NCBI GenBank assembly: GCA_904063045.1
Contig: CAJFCJ010000005.1
Location: 1,751,988 to 1,815,987, forward strand
Direction: 5' to 3'
DNA length: 64,000 nt
From: Dimorphilus gyrociliatus
Lineage: Eukaryota; Animalia; Annelida
The translations under genes were made by a program, and so were the position numbers. This document shows positions 25,120 through 38,400 of this stretch, piece by piece (the stretch's first letter is position 1; each line of letters begins with the position of its first letter). The notes below the pieces were generated by a model, which was not told where the DNA came from, ran no database searches, and was given only the letters and a program-made list of their open reading frames with translations.

Positions 25120-26549
25120 ATGAGGCATCTGTTGCGACTATACTCATTTCACTTACCTTTGAAACGGCAACTAAGAAGTTTATCATACATGGCTAATAGA
25201 AATGACACTACATTGTTTGGGGTTCCCAATAAGGGTCCAATTAAGCTAACAACCGGTGCTCCTGGAATAGATTTTCTACACGATGTCAGTAGAATAATTT
25301 CAGAAGCAACACAAACTCTTTTGACAGGTGAATATGGTCTTGGAGGAGATAGCAGCGCTTTACAGTATGGTCCTAGGCTGGGAGCACCTTTATTTCATGA
25401 AACTTTGGCTAAATTTTTGACAGAGTATTATGGAGACGAAGTAGACAATAAATGTATTGTTCCAACAGCTGGTGCAACTCATGGTCTACATTTGGTTGCT
25501 TCGTTATTCTTTAGGCAAAATGACGTAATATTCGTAGAGGATCCAACATACTTCATTGCTCTCAATATATTAAGAGATGACTTTGGAATGAAAATTGTTC
25601 CAGTAGCTTGCGATGAAGGTGGTATGATTATTAGCGACTTGAAACAGAAAATAAAAGAACACGTAAAGAAAACCACGGTAACTGACACAAAGCCCTTCAG
25701 AGCAATGGCTTATGTGATTCCCACTTTCCATAATCCTACTAGCAGAATCATGCCGAAAGAAAGGTAAGACAAAGGGTCTATTAAAACAAAACAAAAGTAT
25801 AGATAAAATTTGATCAGCTATTATCATTTGTGCAGCAATCATACAATTTTGCAACAGATTTAATACATCAAACATTATTTCACAGATGTGAAGCTATGGT
25901 TGAATTAGCTAGACAGGAAAAGCTGCTGTTATTCGCAGATGATGTCTATAATTTGCTTCATTATGATCCAGCAATAATAAAACCCCCTTCTCGATTATAT
26001 ATCTATGATAATCAACAAGGGAATGTAATTTCTAATGGAACATTCAGTAAGCTTCTTTCACCAGGTATTAGAACTGGCTGGATTGAAGCAGCGCCTAAGC
26101 TTGTTCAGTTATTCCACGATAGTGGAGTTATTTGGTCAGCTGGAGCTTCCAATCATTATTCGTCATGTTTAGTGGCTACTGCGATTAATATGGGACTTGT
26201 GCAGAAGCACATCGCAAACTTGAAAACTCAATATACTGAAAGTCTGAACAAAATGTGCGATATAATCAATAAAGAAGCACCTTTTGCTCAAGTGGAAAGA
26301 CCTCGAGGAGGCTATTTCCTTTGGGTAAAATTACCAAAGGAAATGGACGGAAAAGAAGTTGCCAAGGAGTGCATGGAAAAACATAACATTGTTGTGTTAC
26401 CTGGAGGCATGTGCTCCCCGATTGGTGATTGTAAGAATTACATCAGAATTTCGTTCAGCCACTATAAACCAGATGTATTGTCTGAAGCGACAAAAATCGT
26501 TTGTGTTGCGCTGAATGAAGTTGCGAAACGATGCAAAGCATCTTACTAG
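25120..26549 (+). CDS. PLP-dependent class I/II aminotransferase (2-aminoadipate transaminase/ARO8-like)
   Basis: Exons 25120 (or 25189)-25763 and 25886-26549. Motifs FVEDPTY, YVIPTFHNPT, ADDVY, GTFSKLLSPGIRTGW (PLP lysine), GGYFLWV and IRISFS. Confidence 0.9.
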
Positions 26550-27317
26550 AAGAACTTACTGAGTACTCGGATATTTTGGTGAAATGAAATTTTCTTAGAA
26601 GTTTTCTATTAATAACTATAAAAATCAAATTAATACAACTTTTCATATCTCAAATTAAATTAGTTTTGCTTCGTCGAAACTGTCCAGTGAATATTATTTT
26701 ATAATAAACGCAAAGAATTATATTAATGATTGAATATACTTGATGCTCAGAGACTTTCACAATAAATAATTGATAACATTGATTATCAGATAATAACGAA
26801 ATATAAACAATAATGAAATATAAATATGTAAATTGAGCTGAATAGTATTTTATTTCTCTTTGTTCTTCCGATAATTATCATTCTTAGCAAATCAGCAAAA
26901 ATTTGAATAATGCTTTACAATAAGCATTTTAATGGAAAGAAATGTTTATACGAATAACGAGAGATTCCTTAAAGAGGATATACTTTTTATAGCTTTATAA
27001 TAAAAAGCTTATATATTACAGAAAAGGATAATCTTTATTTTCTCTTTTCGATAAGTAATTAAGGGGCAGGCGCCTTTTTCTTATCAGCGGGAATTTTTAC
27101 TGAATTATTTCTATCAATTGTAGTGCTTCAATATAAATATGTATAACAGAATGTTAAAAGCATCCAAACTGGTCATAAAAAGCACTATAGATAGAATTTA
27201 GTTGTCTTATTACTGTAAAAAAAAATATAGAAAACGGCATAAATAGTATCTAACTGACTTGAAATAAATCTATAGACATTTTGCTTATAAACTAATAGCT
27301 ATAGCTTTGTTTTTTAG

Positions 27318-27546
27318 GGGATACTAACATAAATATTCTGTTAGTAGTAATAATACTCTTCGTACAAAATACCATCTAATGTTTTTCTGTATAATAATTC
27401 TCTTCGAATTTGAATTAAGGGCTTCATAAAGTGCACTTAGTTTGCTACAAACCCAACTTCCCGGAAAAAATTCATTTCAGTAGCTTCAGTTGATCGATAT
27501 GTATTGTATAAAGCGTATTGGAACTTTTGGAAAGCCGTATTACAGT

Positions 27547-27580
<34 letters not shown>

Positions 27581-27819
27581 CAATGATAAATTGTAGCCGT
27601 TTGTTTGAAGGTTTTCTGGCTGAAGAAGCAGAGTGAAATAAGATATAAGATAGATTTTTTTAAAAGTTATTATTATACTGATACAATTTTAAAACGTTTC
27701 TTCCTCTCAGTTATCTCTTGGGACATGCAATCATGACGGATTTATATAAGAAATCGCAGAAAACACTTTCAAAAGCTGATGAAATGCTAATTCATCTTAT
27801 CAATCATTTCTTTTTCTAA
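27318..27819 (+). CDS. Candidate unannotated short-exon gene (5' end unresolved)
   Basis: Exons 27318-27361, 27441-27544, 27597-27632 and 27711-27819 have GT-AG borders and matching phases, giving an open frame. No homology recognised. Confidence 0.3.
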
Positions 27820-28586
27820 CAGATAGAAGGACTATAAATGAATGCTTTTACTCTTTTTTTTATCCTTTATTCTCTGTTTTTTCCCATTAATTCTAATAGA
27901 ATCCTTTTCGTTTATTGTCATTGTTATAGTAGTTTATCGATCAAATATCGAAGAGTAACGATACATATTAAACTATCAGCCTAATTTTTTCACGCTTTGA
28001 AGGACATTTTGAAGGGCATTATAAAGAGAAACGCTACCAATCAGCAAGTTTGTTTGCTTTCGACTCCGGCGTCTTTTTTTTAGGGGGGAAGAGGAAAGGG
28101 CCCAATTAAAAATAACAAATGTCAAGGAAATACTAAAAGTGGCTTAAAGATATTAATGATTAAATATTAACAGTTTTACATTGTTTCATTCCACTTATTA
28201 GGGTACAATGTTCACTAACATTCGATTTTCATATAAAGACTATTTTTGAAACAGCTATTAGCAGACAACCACTTCCGTTTCTTGATGCGCAATACGTGTT
28301 TCGCGCAGATTTCGAGTATATAAAATTACAGTCAAGATTCGCCGGTTTTAGGCGATCAGTTAAGCTTTGAGACTGGTAAGTAAAATATTATTCAATATAA
28401 TACATTCCAAAGCGGTTTAAAATCGAAAAGAACTTGCATTCGGATTTTTAAATACGGTAAATTATTAAGAGAATTTGTCGCGCCAGTAGCTCCTATAGGC
28501 CTATTGTAATTATGATATAAAATTTGTTAGTTGGAAGTAGATAGATTTGAGTGATCAAGTTGTTGTATTGTATCAACATATTGCAG

Positions 28587-30871
28587 ATGGCGGAAGGAGA
28601 GAAGAAGTCAATCAGAGATACGTTTAGTGAAGGCAGCTCTCGTCTGTTCGGATCTGTGCTCTCTAAGAAGGAAGGTTTCGTAAACGGTTTATCGAATTTT
28701 AGACAGAGCATAGACTCCGTAGGCAACAGCGTATCGAACTCTGTCAATTCAGTTTTGGGTGGTTTAACGAACGATGGCGAACAAGCGGAGCAATCGAAAT
28801 CGAATCAGCCACTGAAGAAAAAGCCACCAGTTCCGAGAAGGCCATCTCAAGAAGTATTAGAAAAAATACAGGAGGCAAAGAAAGGTCCAAAGTCGTATAC
28901 AAGGCAACAATCGATCGAACAAGTTCAATCTCAGTTGCGATATCATGAAAATTTGGCTCAATCCATAGAAAGTCAAATATCGCATGATCGAGAAAGACAC
29001 GAAAGATTAAATAGATATGCTGAAGAAGATAGTGGCGATTCAGATGCTACAGAAGGATGTGATGACGGCGATGATGCTGAAAGGCGAATAACTTCTAGTG
29101 ATTCCGTAAGATCCTGGTCGGATGGAGATGACCAATATATGGACGAGAGTAGTCTGGAAGCAAAGAGTTATATGAAGAATTTTGTTGATAGGATTTTCAA
29201 TTCCAGGTTAATTAAGCTGAATAGACCACTTTATTAATTTCCCTTAAGTTTACTAATTAGCCGTATTCAACTTACAGCGAATCGTTAACACAGGAAGATA
29301 AGGCCGCTTTTGGAAACCTTTGTCAAGTTTGTATTATTTCCATTGGCTATTTACCAATCAGAGTCACTACAAATATTATTATTACAATTATTAGAATTTT
29401 ATCATTGTATTTTAGATTTTTAGTGTTTTATTTACTTCGAATCGAATTTCATTAGTTGTTTTGCTTGTTTTCCTATAGGAAAGTTCGGGACGGATATGGT
29501 TTTCTCGGTTTGTAAATGAACAGGTAAACACTTTATTAAAACTAATAAGATTTTCAACTCATCGATTTTTTCCGGGCGATACATATTTGCTCGACTTTTA
29601 TTCGCCATGTATAAAAAATGGCAAACGACGTCCGTAATCAATGTCACCCATGCAACGCCAAAGCTGACTTTGCAATCGATAAGAGGCTTCTTAAGGAAAC
29701 TAAACGCTTCAAGTTTTAGGAATAAAAAGAAAACGGGAGTTGATCAGGAGGTTTTTTCATCCTTCTTGATCTTTTCTGGCCTGTTTGTTAACGAAGTGAT
29801 TTTTTCCCTCGTCCTTTATAATCTAGACGTCCGCGAACAAATTACACGCCTAACTAACAACTGTCTTCTTCTCTCCTTTTATTTAAATTAATTTTTTTCT
29901 GTTCTCTTCATCCTAATTGCAGAGGGTTGATCGAATGAAAGTGAGCGAGCAGATATTCTATAGACTCGTTCAATATTTCGCCATCGCCCTTTTCGAATGC
30001 AACGAATCGGAAGATTATAGGCCTGCGAAGACGCTGATGAATATGTGTTTTACGTTTTACTATGAAGGTTGGATCTATTTTATTCCATCAAGATATTTTA
30101 CACTTCATTAAATCTCAATTTATATTCCTAAAATCAGCACAACAACCGACAGGACAAGTATACAAACACTATCTTTATAGTTATATGAAAGAGCAGCCAA
30201 TTTGGCGATCTTTGAGATTCTGGAATGCTGCGTTTTTCGACGCTGTGCAACAAGAGCGTTCTAGGAAACCTATCAGCAGGTAAGAAAGAGAATATATCAG
30301 TTTTGATCCATATAGAATGGACATTATAAAAAAACTAATATTTTATTTTATTATTCTAACTAGCAACGACAAGGATGAGGGTAACGCTGACGACAAAGAA
30401 TACCAGGAGAACGTAGTATTCGGCCAACTGGGGTAAGACGATTAGAGTTTTAATTTGAATTATATACGATCCTAACCTTGATTTGTGCACTAAACAGCAC
30501 TTTTACATGCAATATGAGAGCGTTTGGATTAGGCAAGGAGCTATGCCTGGAGTTCTTACGGAAACAATCTTCTACAGCCAACTTGAAAGAAGGTAAGCTG
30601 TAGTTTTCTTTATTTATATACTGTATATATACAAAAATATCAGTATATATGTACACTGTATATAATACCTTTTTCATATATAATCAATGGAAATAATGGT
30701 TATTCTTTAGTTTTAACTTTATTTCGTATTACTCTCATTTATATTTAGGATTATTTTGATCTATCAAAGTTGGTTTTGTTAAAATTTCGTGTCGGATTTT
30801 TTCTTTCATTCTGTACAGAACTAATTCAAATGTTAAAGGAAAATTGCGAACAAAGAAGCCAATCGAACTAA
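28587..30871 (+). CDS. KIAA0513: KIAA0513-like protein (SBF1/SBF2 domain)
   Basis: Spliced exons give [33 protein letters not shown]...[51 protein letters not shown] and LEFLRKQS, matching the KIAA0513/SBF2 pattern. Confidence 0.85.
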
Positions 30872-31807
30872 TTGCTTCAAATGTCTTCAAAAATGCTAAA
30901 AAAAACCAAAATAGAGTACAGAAAAATCTCTTTTATAAATTAAACATTGTTTAGAATACACATAGATGTGCTTCAAGCATTGCCTTCCCCACCCTCTCTC
31001 CTCTATGTGTGTGTCTTTCTTCCCCTACCCCTCAGTTTTGTAAGGCGTATCACGTGCTCAACATTTGTTCTCTTTTTTTTTGACCTTGTTACTATTCTTA
31101 TTTATTCTTAAAATTTCTTTTTATCCTGTTTGCCTATATAAATATAGGTCACCTGATATCCAAAATCTGCTTTATGAAATTACCAATGATATTTGAGAAG
31201 ATGTGAAAGGATTTATTAAAACCTTTCATTTAATATTCCAGCTTTTTTTATGTATATAAAGTGAATATATAAACTGGTAATAGGATACTTTTTATCTTAA
31301 AAATGAAAGAAAAAAAAAGAAAACCTATCATTCCATAAATTCAATATATTCTTTCGATAATTTTACTTTTATTATTCTATAATCTAAAAAGAAAATATTC
31401 AATTAATTATGTTTTTTTAAAAAAAAAAAAAGAAACAATACTCTCCATCTTTCATTTTTATTTGTTTTTAGCATGTCTGTCTGTACGTTTAATTCTGTCT
31501 GTGTTTTTTTTTTTACCTATTAATTAATTTTAGCTTGATCACGAAAATAACAAAAAAAGACATTAAAGAGATTCTGAAATCACATATTAACCTATAACAC
31601 GTTTATCTCTTTTCTTTTAGTATTTTGCACTGTTGAAATGTCGTTACTATTGTTATTGTTGACATAATTTATCACTAGTAAATTACTTTTATAATTATTT
31701 TTCCTTCCTTTCCATTCGTCCTTATCATTATTTTTCCTCTTTAATCCTATTTTCTTTCATTTTGACACAATATTTGACAATATTTTATAATGTTGTACCC
31801 TCAACAG

Positions 31808-31869
31808 AGTTAGTTGCTGCAATAGCTGAAGCTGCAGAGAATTTTTTGCATGAAGTAGTTACATCTTGA
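31808..31869 (+). CDS. Candidate alternative terminal exon of the KIAA0513-like gene
   Basis: Acceptor caacag| with the same phase (1) as the proximal last exon. Encodes (E)LVAAIAEAAENFLHEVVTS*. It is a GC-richer island in AT-rich flanks. Confidence 0.5.
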
Positions 31870-31906
31870 AAATTATTAAGTATATTGATCAATATTATTT
31901 ATTTTT

Positions 31907-31908
<2 letters not shown>

Positions 31909-31941
<33 letters not shown>
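31909..31941 (+). repeat. (TA)n microsatellite
   Basis: tatatata run. Similar runs occur at about 16083-16105, 27549-27578, 47893-47913 and 50281-50307. Confidence 0.9.
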
Positions 31942-31943
<2 letters not shown>

Positions 31944-32785
31944 CATAATAGTATTGATTTGAATATATGTTGGTTTTATTGTTTTAAGTCATCATTAGTC
32001 AGTTAATCAGTCAGTCAATGAGTCAAATATACATTTCTTTATTGAATTTTCGTAAAGTGTTTCTTTTCTCCCTATTCATATTATATTATTTCTATAAAAA
32101 TCATTCCGTGAAAGAAGTACTGCATCGTGGTGTAATTATTATCTTTTTTTCAATGCTTTTACATGTTAATCTAGTCCAATTATATGGTTTTAAGCTGATA
32201 TATTATTATGAGCTAGTTATCTGTTAATAGTTTTTTGTCTGTCATCAGATTTGTAATGAAGTCTAGTCAACGTCTATTTATTGAACTAGTCATCTCTTAG
32301 TGCATATAACGAATAAAACTTGTTGACACGTCTACCGAGTATGATTGATAGCGGATTCTGTGCCCTATCGGGGCAGCTTTTTATCTATTATAAACCATTA
32401 TTAGGCCTATAATATTATTGATCAGATTTGGTGAAGGATAAGAGTGAAAGACAGAGACTTTATTGCGGCTAAATGATTTAGTTGTAGCCCTACGTGTAAA
32501 TTGCTAGTCTTTTAAAAGAAAATCAAGAGAATAGTTTTATTTCTTGCAAATACAGCAACTATAAAATATAATGCACATAGAGAGGGAGAGAGAGAGAGAG
32601 AGAGAGGGAGAGAGAAATACTCAAAAACACTTCTGTACCATCTTATTTATTCTATGGACGATTCTCTTACGTCGCTTATTTAATTTAATATTGGTTTCTA
32701 AAGTGATAAAGAACTCCTTTTTTTTCAATCTTTTATAATTATTGAAGAGAGATTTCTTCCTCTCCTTCGGCATATATATCTTTCT

Positions 32786-33961
32786 TTAAAATCCTTCAAT
32801 TTTATTTATACTCTCTCTATCAACTAATTCGGCATCTTGACATTCTTTACTTTGACGAACTGATTTTAATTTCCGGAATATAGAGAGGTGTTGGGAAGGA
32901 AAGATATTAAAAATAAAAAACATCTTCAAATGATGGCAAGCGCCCTCTATATTTCTAATCATTTGAAAGTGGTCGTTATGAATTGGCTTTATTTTAGCTT
33001 CCTTTGCTAAAAGACCTAGGTAAGCATCATCGGGTCTAATTGGAACCACTCTTTTCGAAGCTAGTACCAACTTTAGAAGGGTATCGGTGGATAATAAAAA
33101 GACCGGCTCCTCAATCATGTCGGGGAATATATTTGGTTCAAAGTCTTCTTTTGAGACGTATTTTGGATGACTCGACAAGCGAATAGGCCTATCTTTCCGT
33201 AAACGCTTTCCCACGTAAAGATTTTTTGGTTTGTCACCCCATTTGTTATATAGCCAAGGGATAATTGACGGCATATTGAGAAATATATTGTCATCTAGCT
33301 TTAGAATAAATTTCGTTGAGCAGGCTTCCTTTAAATTATCAGACAAATAGTTGAAAGCCGTCATTAATTTTCTAGTGCCCTCATAGGGTGAGTCGTTGAA
33401 TTCAGCTTGTAAAATATCCGAATAAGACTTACTCTCCTGGGCCACGTCCCTTTCGAATCTGTTATTGGACATTCCCATCACGAATATAACTTTCCAATTG
33501 ACCTTAGTTAGGCCCTTGACCTGTCGAAAATGTAAAGCCTGGCCCCAGCTGGAGCGAATTGCCTTTCGGTGTCCGGTGTGTTCAGGAGGAGAGAATACCA
33601 AAATTATGACAAACTGCGCCATCTTCTGGCAGTTCATTTTGGGTTGATGAATTAGATTAACAGGGAATTGTTTCGGGTTGGCTGGACCATAACGAGGATT
33701 AATTTTCTCTTCCAGGTGCAAAAACGGAATTTGATCCTGATGCACATTCCTAAGCGGAAAGAATTTCGGATTAATCTCTATCGATGCCTCATCCTTTTTA
33801 CCTCTATTCTCACTCCTTCTCCAAGTCAAGAAAAGTAGGAAAAATATTAATAAAATAATCCAACCATAAAGAGAAGGAGTTTTCGATCGCTTATTAAAAA
33901 TAATAGCGATAATCGCACTAATTGAAGTTGCCCAAGCTTTCTGTTTAGTTTCTGAGGACAT
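32786..33961 (-). CDS. GT31 beta-1,3-galactosyltransferase-like type II membrane protein, single coding exon
   Basis: N-terminal TM (WIILLIFFLLFLTW), RKAIRSSWG, VIFVMG, ESKSYSDILQAEFND, FILKLDDNIFLN and DDAYLGLL. ATG at 33961 (the ORF track starts at a TTG). Confidence 0.85.
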   Translation of the reverse strand: MSSETKQKAWATSISAIIAIIFNKRSKTPSLYGWIILLIFFLLFLTWRRSENRGKKDEASIEINPKFFPLRNVHQDQIPFLHLEEKINPRYGPANPKQFPVNLIHQPKMNCQKMAQFVIILVFSPPEHTGHRKAIRSSWGQALHFRQVKGLTKVNWKVIFVMGMSNNRFERDVAQESKSYSDILQAEFNDSPYEGTRKLMTAFNYLSDNLKEACSTKFILKLDDNIFLNMPSIIPWLYNKWGDKPKNLYVGKRLRKDRPIRLSSHPKYVSKEDFEPNIFPDMIEEPVFLLSTDTLLKLVLASKRVVPIRPDDAYLGLLAKEAKIKPIHNDHFQMIRNIEGACHHLKMFFIFNIFPSQHLSIFRKLKSVRQSKECQDAELVDRESINKIEGF

Positions 33962-35220
33962 GATGTACAAAAATGTTTGAAATATTAGAAGAAGTTGTAT
34001 GTAATAGAACTGGACGAGAATGAAAGCATGTGTAATTTATTGATTATTCTAGGAGTTTATTTATTTTTCAACGTGTCTTTAAAATCTTATACAATGTATT
34101 AATTTTCATAAGTTAAATAGATGATTAAATTACATAGTTGAATTCTCATCAGCAATCGCTCGCATACTTGTCGGTTGTCATTGTAGGATGAAATGACTTT
34201 TATCATTATATTTAATTTGTAATTTACAATGTTTGTATTTATACAATGTACATCTTTACTAAAGATATGAACATGCAAAATTCTATATATATATATATAC
34301 AGTATATACATTTTGTCTTATTTATACAAGTTTTTTTTCTGCCTCATAAATCTACATATAAAGTTATTATTTGATGGAATTTTTGCAAATTAAAAAATAA
34401 CATTCAATTCCCACTTTACTAATACTTTGCCTCTCGAACTATTCATACAATCATTTCTATCGAACATCTCTAAATTCTTATTTCCGGTTCCGGATAAGGA
34501 AAAGTGAAATTCGCAGTTGAGGATTCGCTGCTAATCATTCTACTCTTTTGCAAAGAGATATACGAATAAATCATAAGGAAAAGAAGAAATATAACGATTA
34601 TTAGAAGAAAAGACAATCTTATCATTCCTTTCAACGCCGTCACGCCTTCGCTTCGGAAAATGGAATAATTTTTCTTTTGATTTCTTCGCTCCTCTTTCTT
34701 AAACTTCTTTCAAACTTTTCGCTCGCGTGCCAGCCATAGAGCGGGAATAAAAAATTATAGGCCTACTGAAGAGAGAGAAGAGAGAAAGCGGGCGAACGAA
34801 CTGCAGTCAGCTTTCTAAATAGAGATCATTCGTTCGCGAGACATTTCAAGAATGACAATCACCGAATCTTAATGTTTCTTTCTATTAAATGATCCGTAAG
34901 TTTTTTTCTTGCGAAGAATTATCTTCGGTCTCTTCTTACGCTTTATGTTTTTTATCAATCTTATCTAATAATGACTGACTACACCCCATATTTTTCTTTT
35001 TTTTTTCTCAATAACAATTGTTTTATTATATCTTCTTTTGCCACACTCTTTAATATTAACATGCTGAAATTTCCGTTAAGCCGGCGGAAGGAAGGAGGAG
35101 TAAAGGGGCGAAGCGGAATTAAAACTAGATCTCGTTTTCTTCCATACCCCTAATTTCTACTTGATTCACACGCGAATTGATGGATAGTTGCCGCGGAGGC
35201 AATTGATACCAAGTGAGAAT

Positions 35221-35431
35221 ATGATAAGGCTGCTCGTTAACGTTTTTTATGTGAGGTAAGTAGAGAAAGATAGGAAAAAGTGAATGATCCATACAAAGAT
35301 TTTTGAGGGTAATGAAGAAGGCAAAGAGAGAGGAAGCGAGGTCGAGTAAAAATGAAGAAGCAATAAAATGAGACAAAGCGAAAGGGATTTATATATATAT
35401 ATATATCTATATATAAATATATATATATACA

Positions 35432-35471
<40 letters not shown>

Positions 35472-38400
35472 TAATATAATTGTAGACAGAGTGAAAGTGA
35501 GAGTGAGAAGAGGGAGGAAGAGAAGAATGAATGAAAAAAAAAAGGAAAAGAGAGAGAGAGAGAGAAAGAAAGGTATAGACAGATAGGCAGACAGAGTAGA
35601 GTTATGTTGAAAAGTTGAAAGAAACTTAGTTAACAAGAAAAGTGGGATACACGAAAAGAAGGAAAAGTGAAAATGATAGAATGGGAAAGGGGTGAAAGTT
35701 AATTATTCTATAAACATATTCGTGTTCAGACAAATAAATATACAAAATTGAAAAGAGAATACGGAAATACATACAATTATTAGTCATAATTCTAAAGAAA
35801 AACACTTAGAAAGTGATAAGAGGAGAGGGATAGAGGACAGTGGGTCAAAGGTATTTTATTTTTCAAAAAAAAAAGAAAAAGATCTATAAATGAAACATTT
35901 CTCTTCCAACATCTGTCTAGTAAATATTTATTTTTACGTTTACCCGACGATCTCTCATCGACTCATCAAGCCTTAATATTTAATAAAAAAATAAGAAAAA
36001 AAAGTAGTTAACTAGTTGCTCTTTAATCGAAAAATAATAATGAAAGACTCGAAGAATAAATATATGTATAGAAAAGAGAGATAGACTGTAATATAAAGAC
36101 TTATAACCTTAATGTTAGGACATGAGTGCAATAAAATACGCCATTTAGTAATTAATACGGCGTTGTATTGAAACGTAATGTAATAATTAGTTTATATAGA
36201 ATGTTTTATTAAATAGGCTTGGAATTATTTAGCTAAAGAAAATGAATATTTATTAGTTGGGGGAAGTGACACCCCACAAAGTGGCATGTTTGATAGTGTG
36301 TCACTATTTGCTCGCGGCTATCAAACATAAAACTATTCATAACCGTCAAACTCCCACCAAGTGCTATAAACCAAAATATATATTATTAAAAACTTGTATA
36401 ATCAAGTATTTAATATATGCATATAAAGATAATAGTTAGATTATATATATAGATATTGGAAAGCGAATGTCCTGACCCTTTGCCCTGAAGGAAACGATTC
36501 CTTCATCATATAAACTGACACAAATAAATTATTTAGCCTTAGTCCCTTTGTCTCTTCTTCCCCTTCATATTCTCCCACTGTGTGTGTGTGTGTGTGCGCG
36601 CGTGTATAAATGGGTGTAAAAGTTATCCCAGTTCACTATCCTTTCTCTCACGTCTGTACATTTTATGAAATTAACTCTTTCGAACCTTCGTCATTACGTT
36701 CATTCCACTCTGCAGAGTCCAATAAGTGGTTAATTTTTTTAAGAAGATGAATTCCGTTTCCTTTGTCTCTATCTTTACAGTTTCGCTTTATGCTCTTGCA
36801 TGGCTTCGGAAGAACATATCAAGAACACTACTTCTATTCTGAATAGCCTCTTGAGTGACTACGACAGCAGATTAAGACCGGGATTTGGTGGTAAAATATT
36901 CACTAATACCTTATAAGTTTTAATACTTTTAAACTTGGCTTTTTGTATAATAACTTATTGAGTGCGTTCTTTTTGTCATTCAGGGCCGCCTACAATTGTA
37001 AAGGCCGATATGAATATTCGTTCTATGGGACCCATCTCAGAAATAGAAATGGTTAGCTAGTTTTAGACAAAACAAAATTTAAAAAGTTCATTATAACTTG
37101 TCGTTTGTTTATTTGTGTATATTTGTTTATTCACTATCTTCTTAAGCCCTGAGTTTGTAATTACCAATAACGAGCATTTTTCCGCTCAACCAACTAACCT
37201 TCGGATATAAGTTTATTTAGGGGATTCTGCTATTTAATTATCTTAGCGTCAGTCGATCCGCAAACGTGAAAATCTGTGAAACGGAAAAGCTTGGTGACTG
37301 CAATTTTATGCACCGTTTACATTCAATATAAACATTTTAATAGAAGTTTTTCGACACTTTTTTTGTCCCGGCTTTCTTTTTTCATTCACCTGTATTTTCT
37401 ACTAAATCCGATCTGACAGCCATCCGTCACATTAATTTCCCTTCTCTTTTAATCTGATCGCACATTTTCTTTAGCGGCTTATTCCTTTGAGAAAATTGAA
37501 TTGTGAAGAACTAGTCCTTTAGGAGTGGTTAAGTGTCAATTTCTTTTCTTTTGCGATCATAAGCTGTGGCCGCCGGTATTTCATTTGTGAAAAAGATTTT
37601 GCTGTGGGCTATCATTTATAATAAATCCGTCTTTAACTAAACAATCTTTGAATAAAATCAAAAAGAAAATTTTAGGAAACTCTCTTTGAAAACATTCAAT
37701 CCAAAGGGTTTTAAAAGTGGGGTTATATTAAGCGCACGATTAAGCTTATGCCTATATAAAATATCAAATCAAATTACCTTGTTTGTTTTACTATTTTGAC
37801 TAACATTTCCGATTTGCTTGCAAACATATTGTTTTTATATTTAAACAGGCCTATTCCATGGATACCTACTTCCGCCAGACATGGAAAGATAACAGACTAC
37901 GTTATCACAGCAAGTATTATGAAACCGTAAGGAATAATACGGGAATGGCCGTCCATATTATGGTAAGTGGATAATTGAATAGAAATGAAGTGAAAACAAA
38001 GAGCTCTTATTCTTTTATTGTTTATTGACTGCTCTTTGAATTTTTGCAGATGCTGGAGAGAATTTGGAAACCCGATACATTCTTTTACAATGGACGAGGA
38101 TCCTACCTCCACACCATTACAACTCCTAATAAACTGCTAAGGATTTTTCCAGACGGAACCGTCTGGTATTCTATGAGGTGATTTAGTTTTGTAAAGTGTG
38201 TGCTCGGTACGCCCATTCCAACCGTGATTAGTTTGTCAGTCATAGGCCTACTGGCCCTAGTGGCAACCGATCTTCCCGCAAAGAAAAGAATCTAAAAAAT
38301 ATAAGAATAAGCGGTAAATTATAAAGCAAAAGTAGGAAAAAGTAGAAAGAAAGTAAAGGATTGATAGATAATGAAAAGAATGATAAGAAAAGGGAAAGTA

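Noticed and set aside
35247-35636. 129-aa and 72-aa ORFs with YIYIYI/RERER runs
   Set aside because: Artefacts of (TA)n and (GA)n microsatellites in intron 1 of the GABA-receptor gene.
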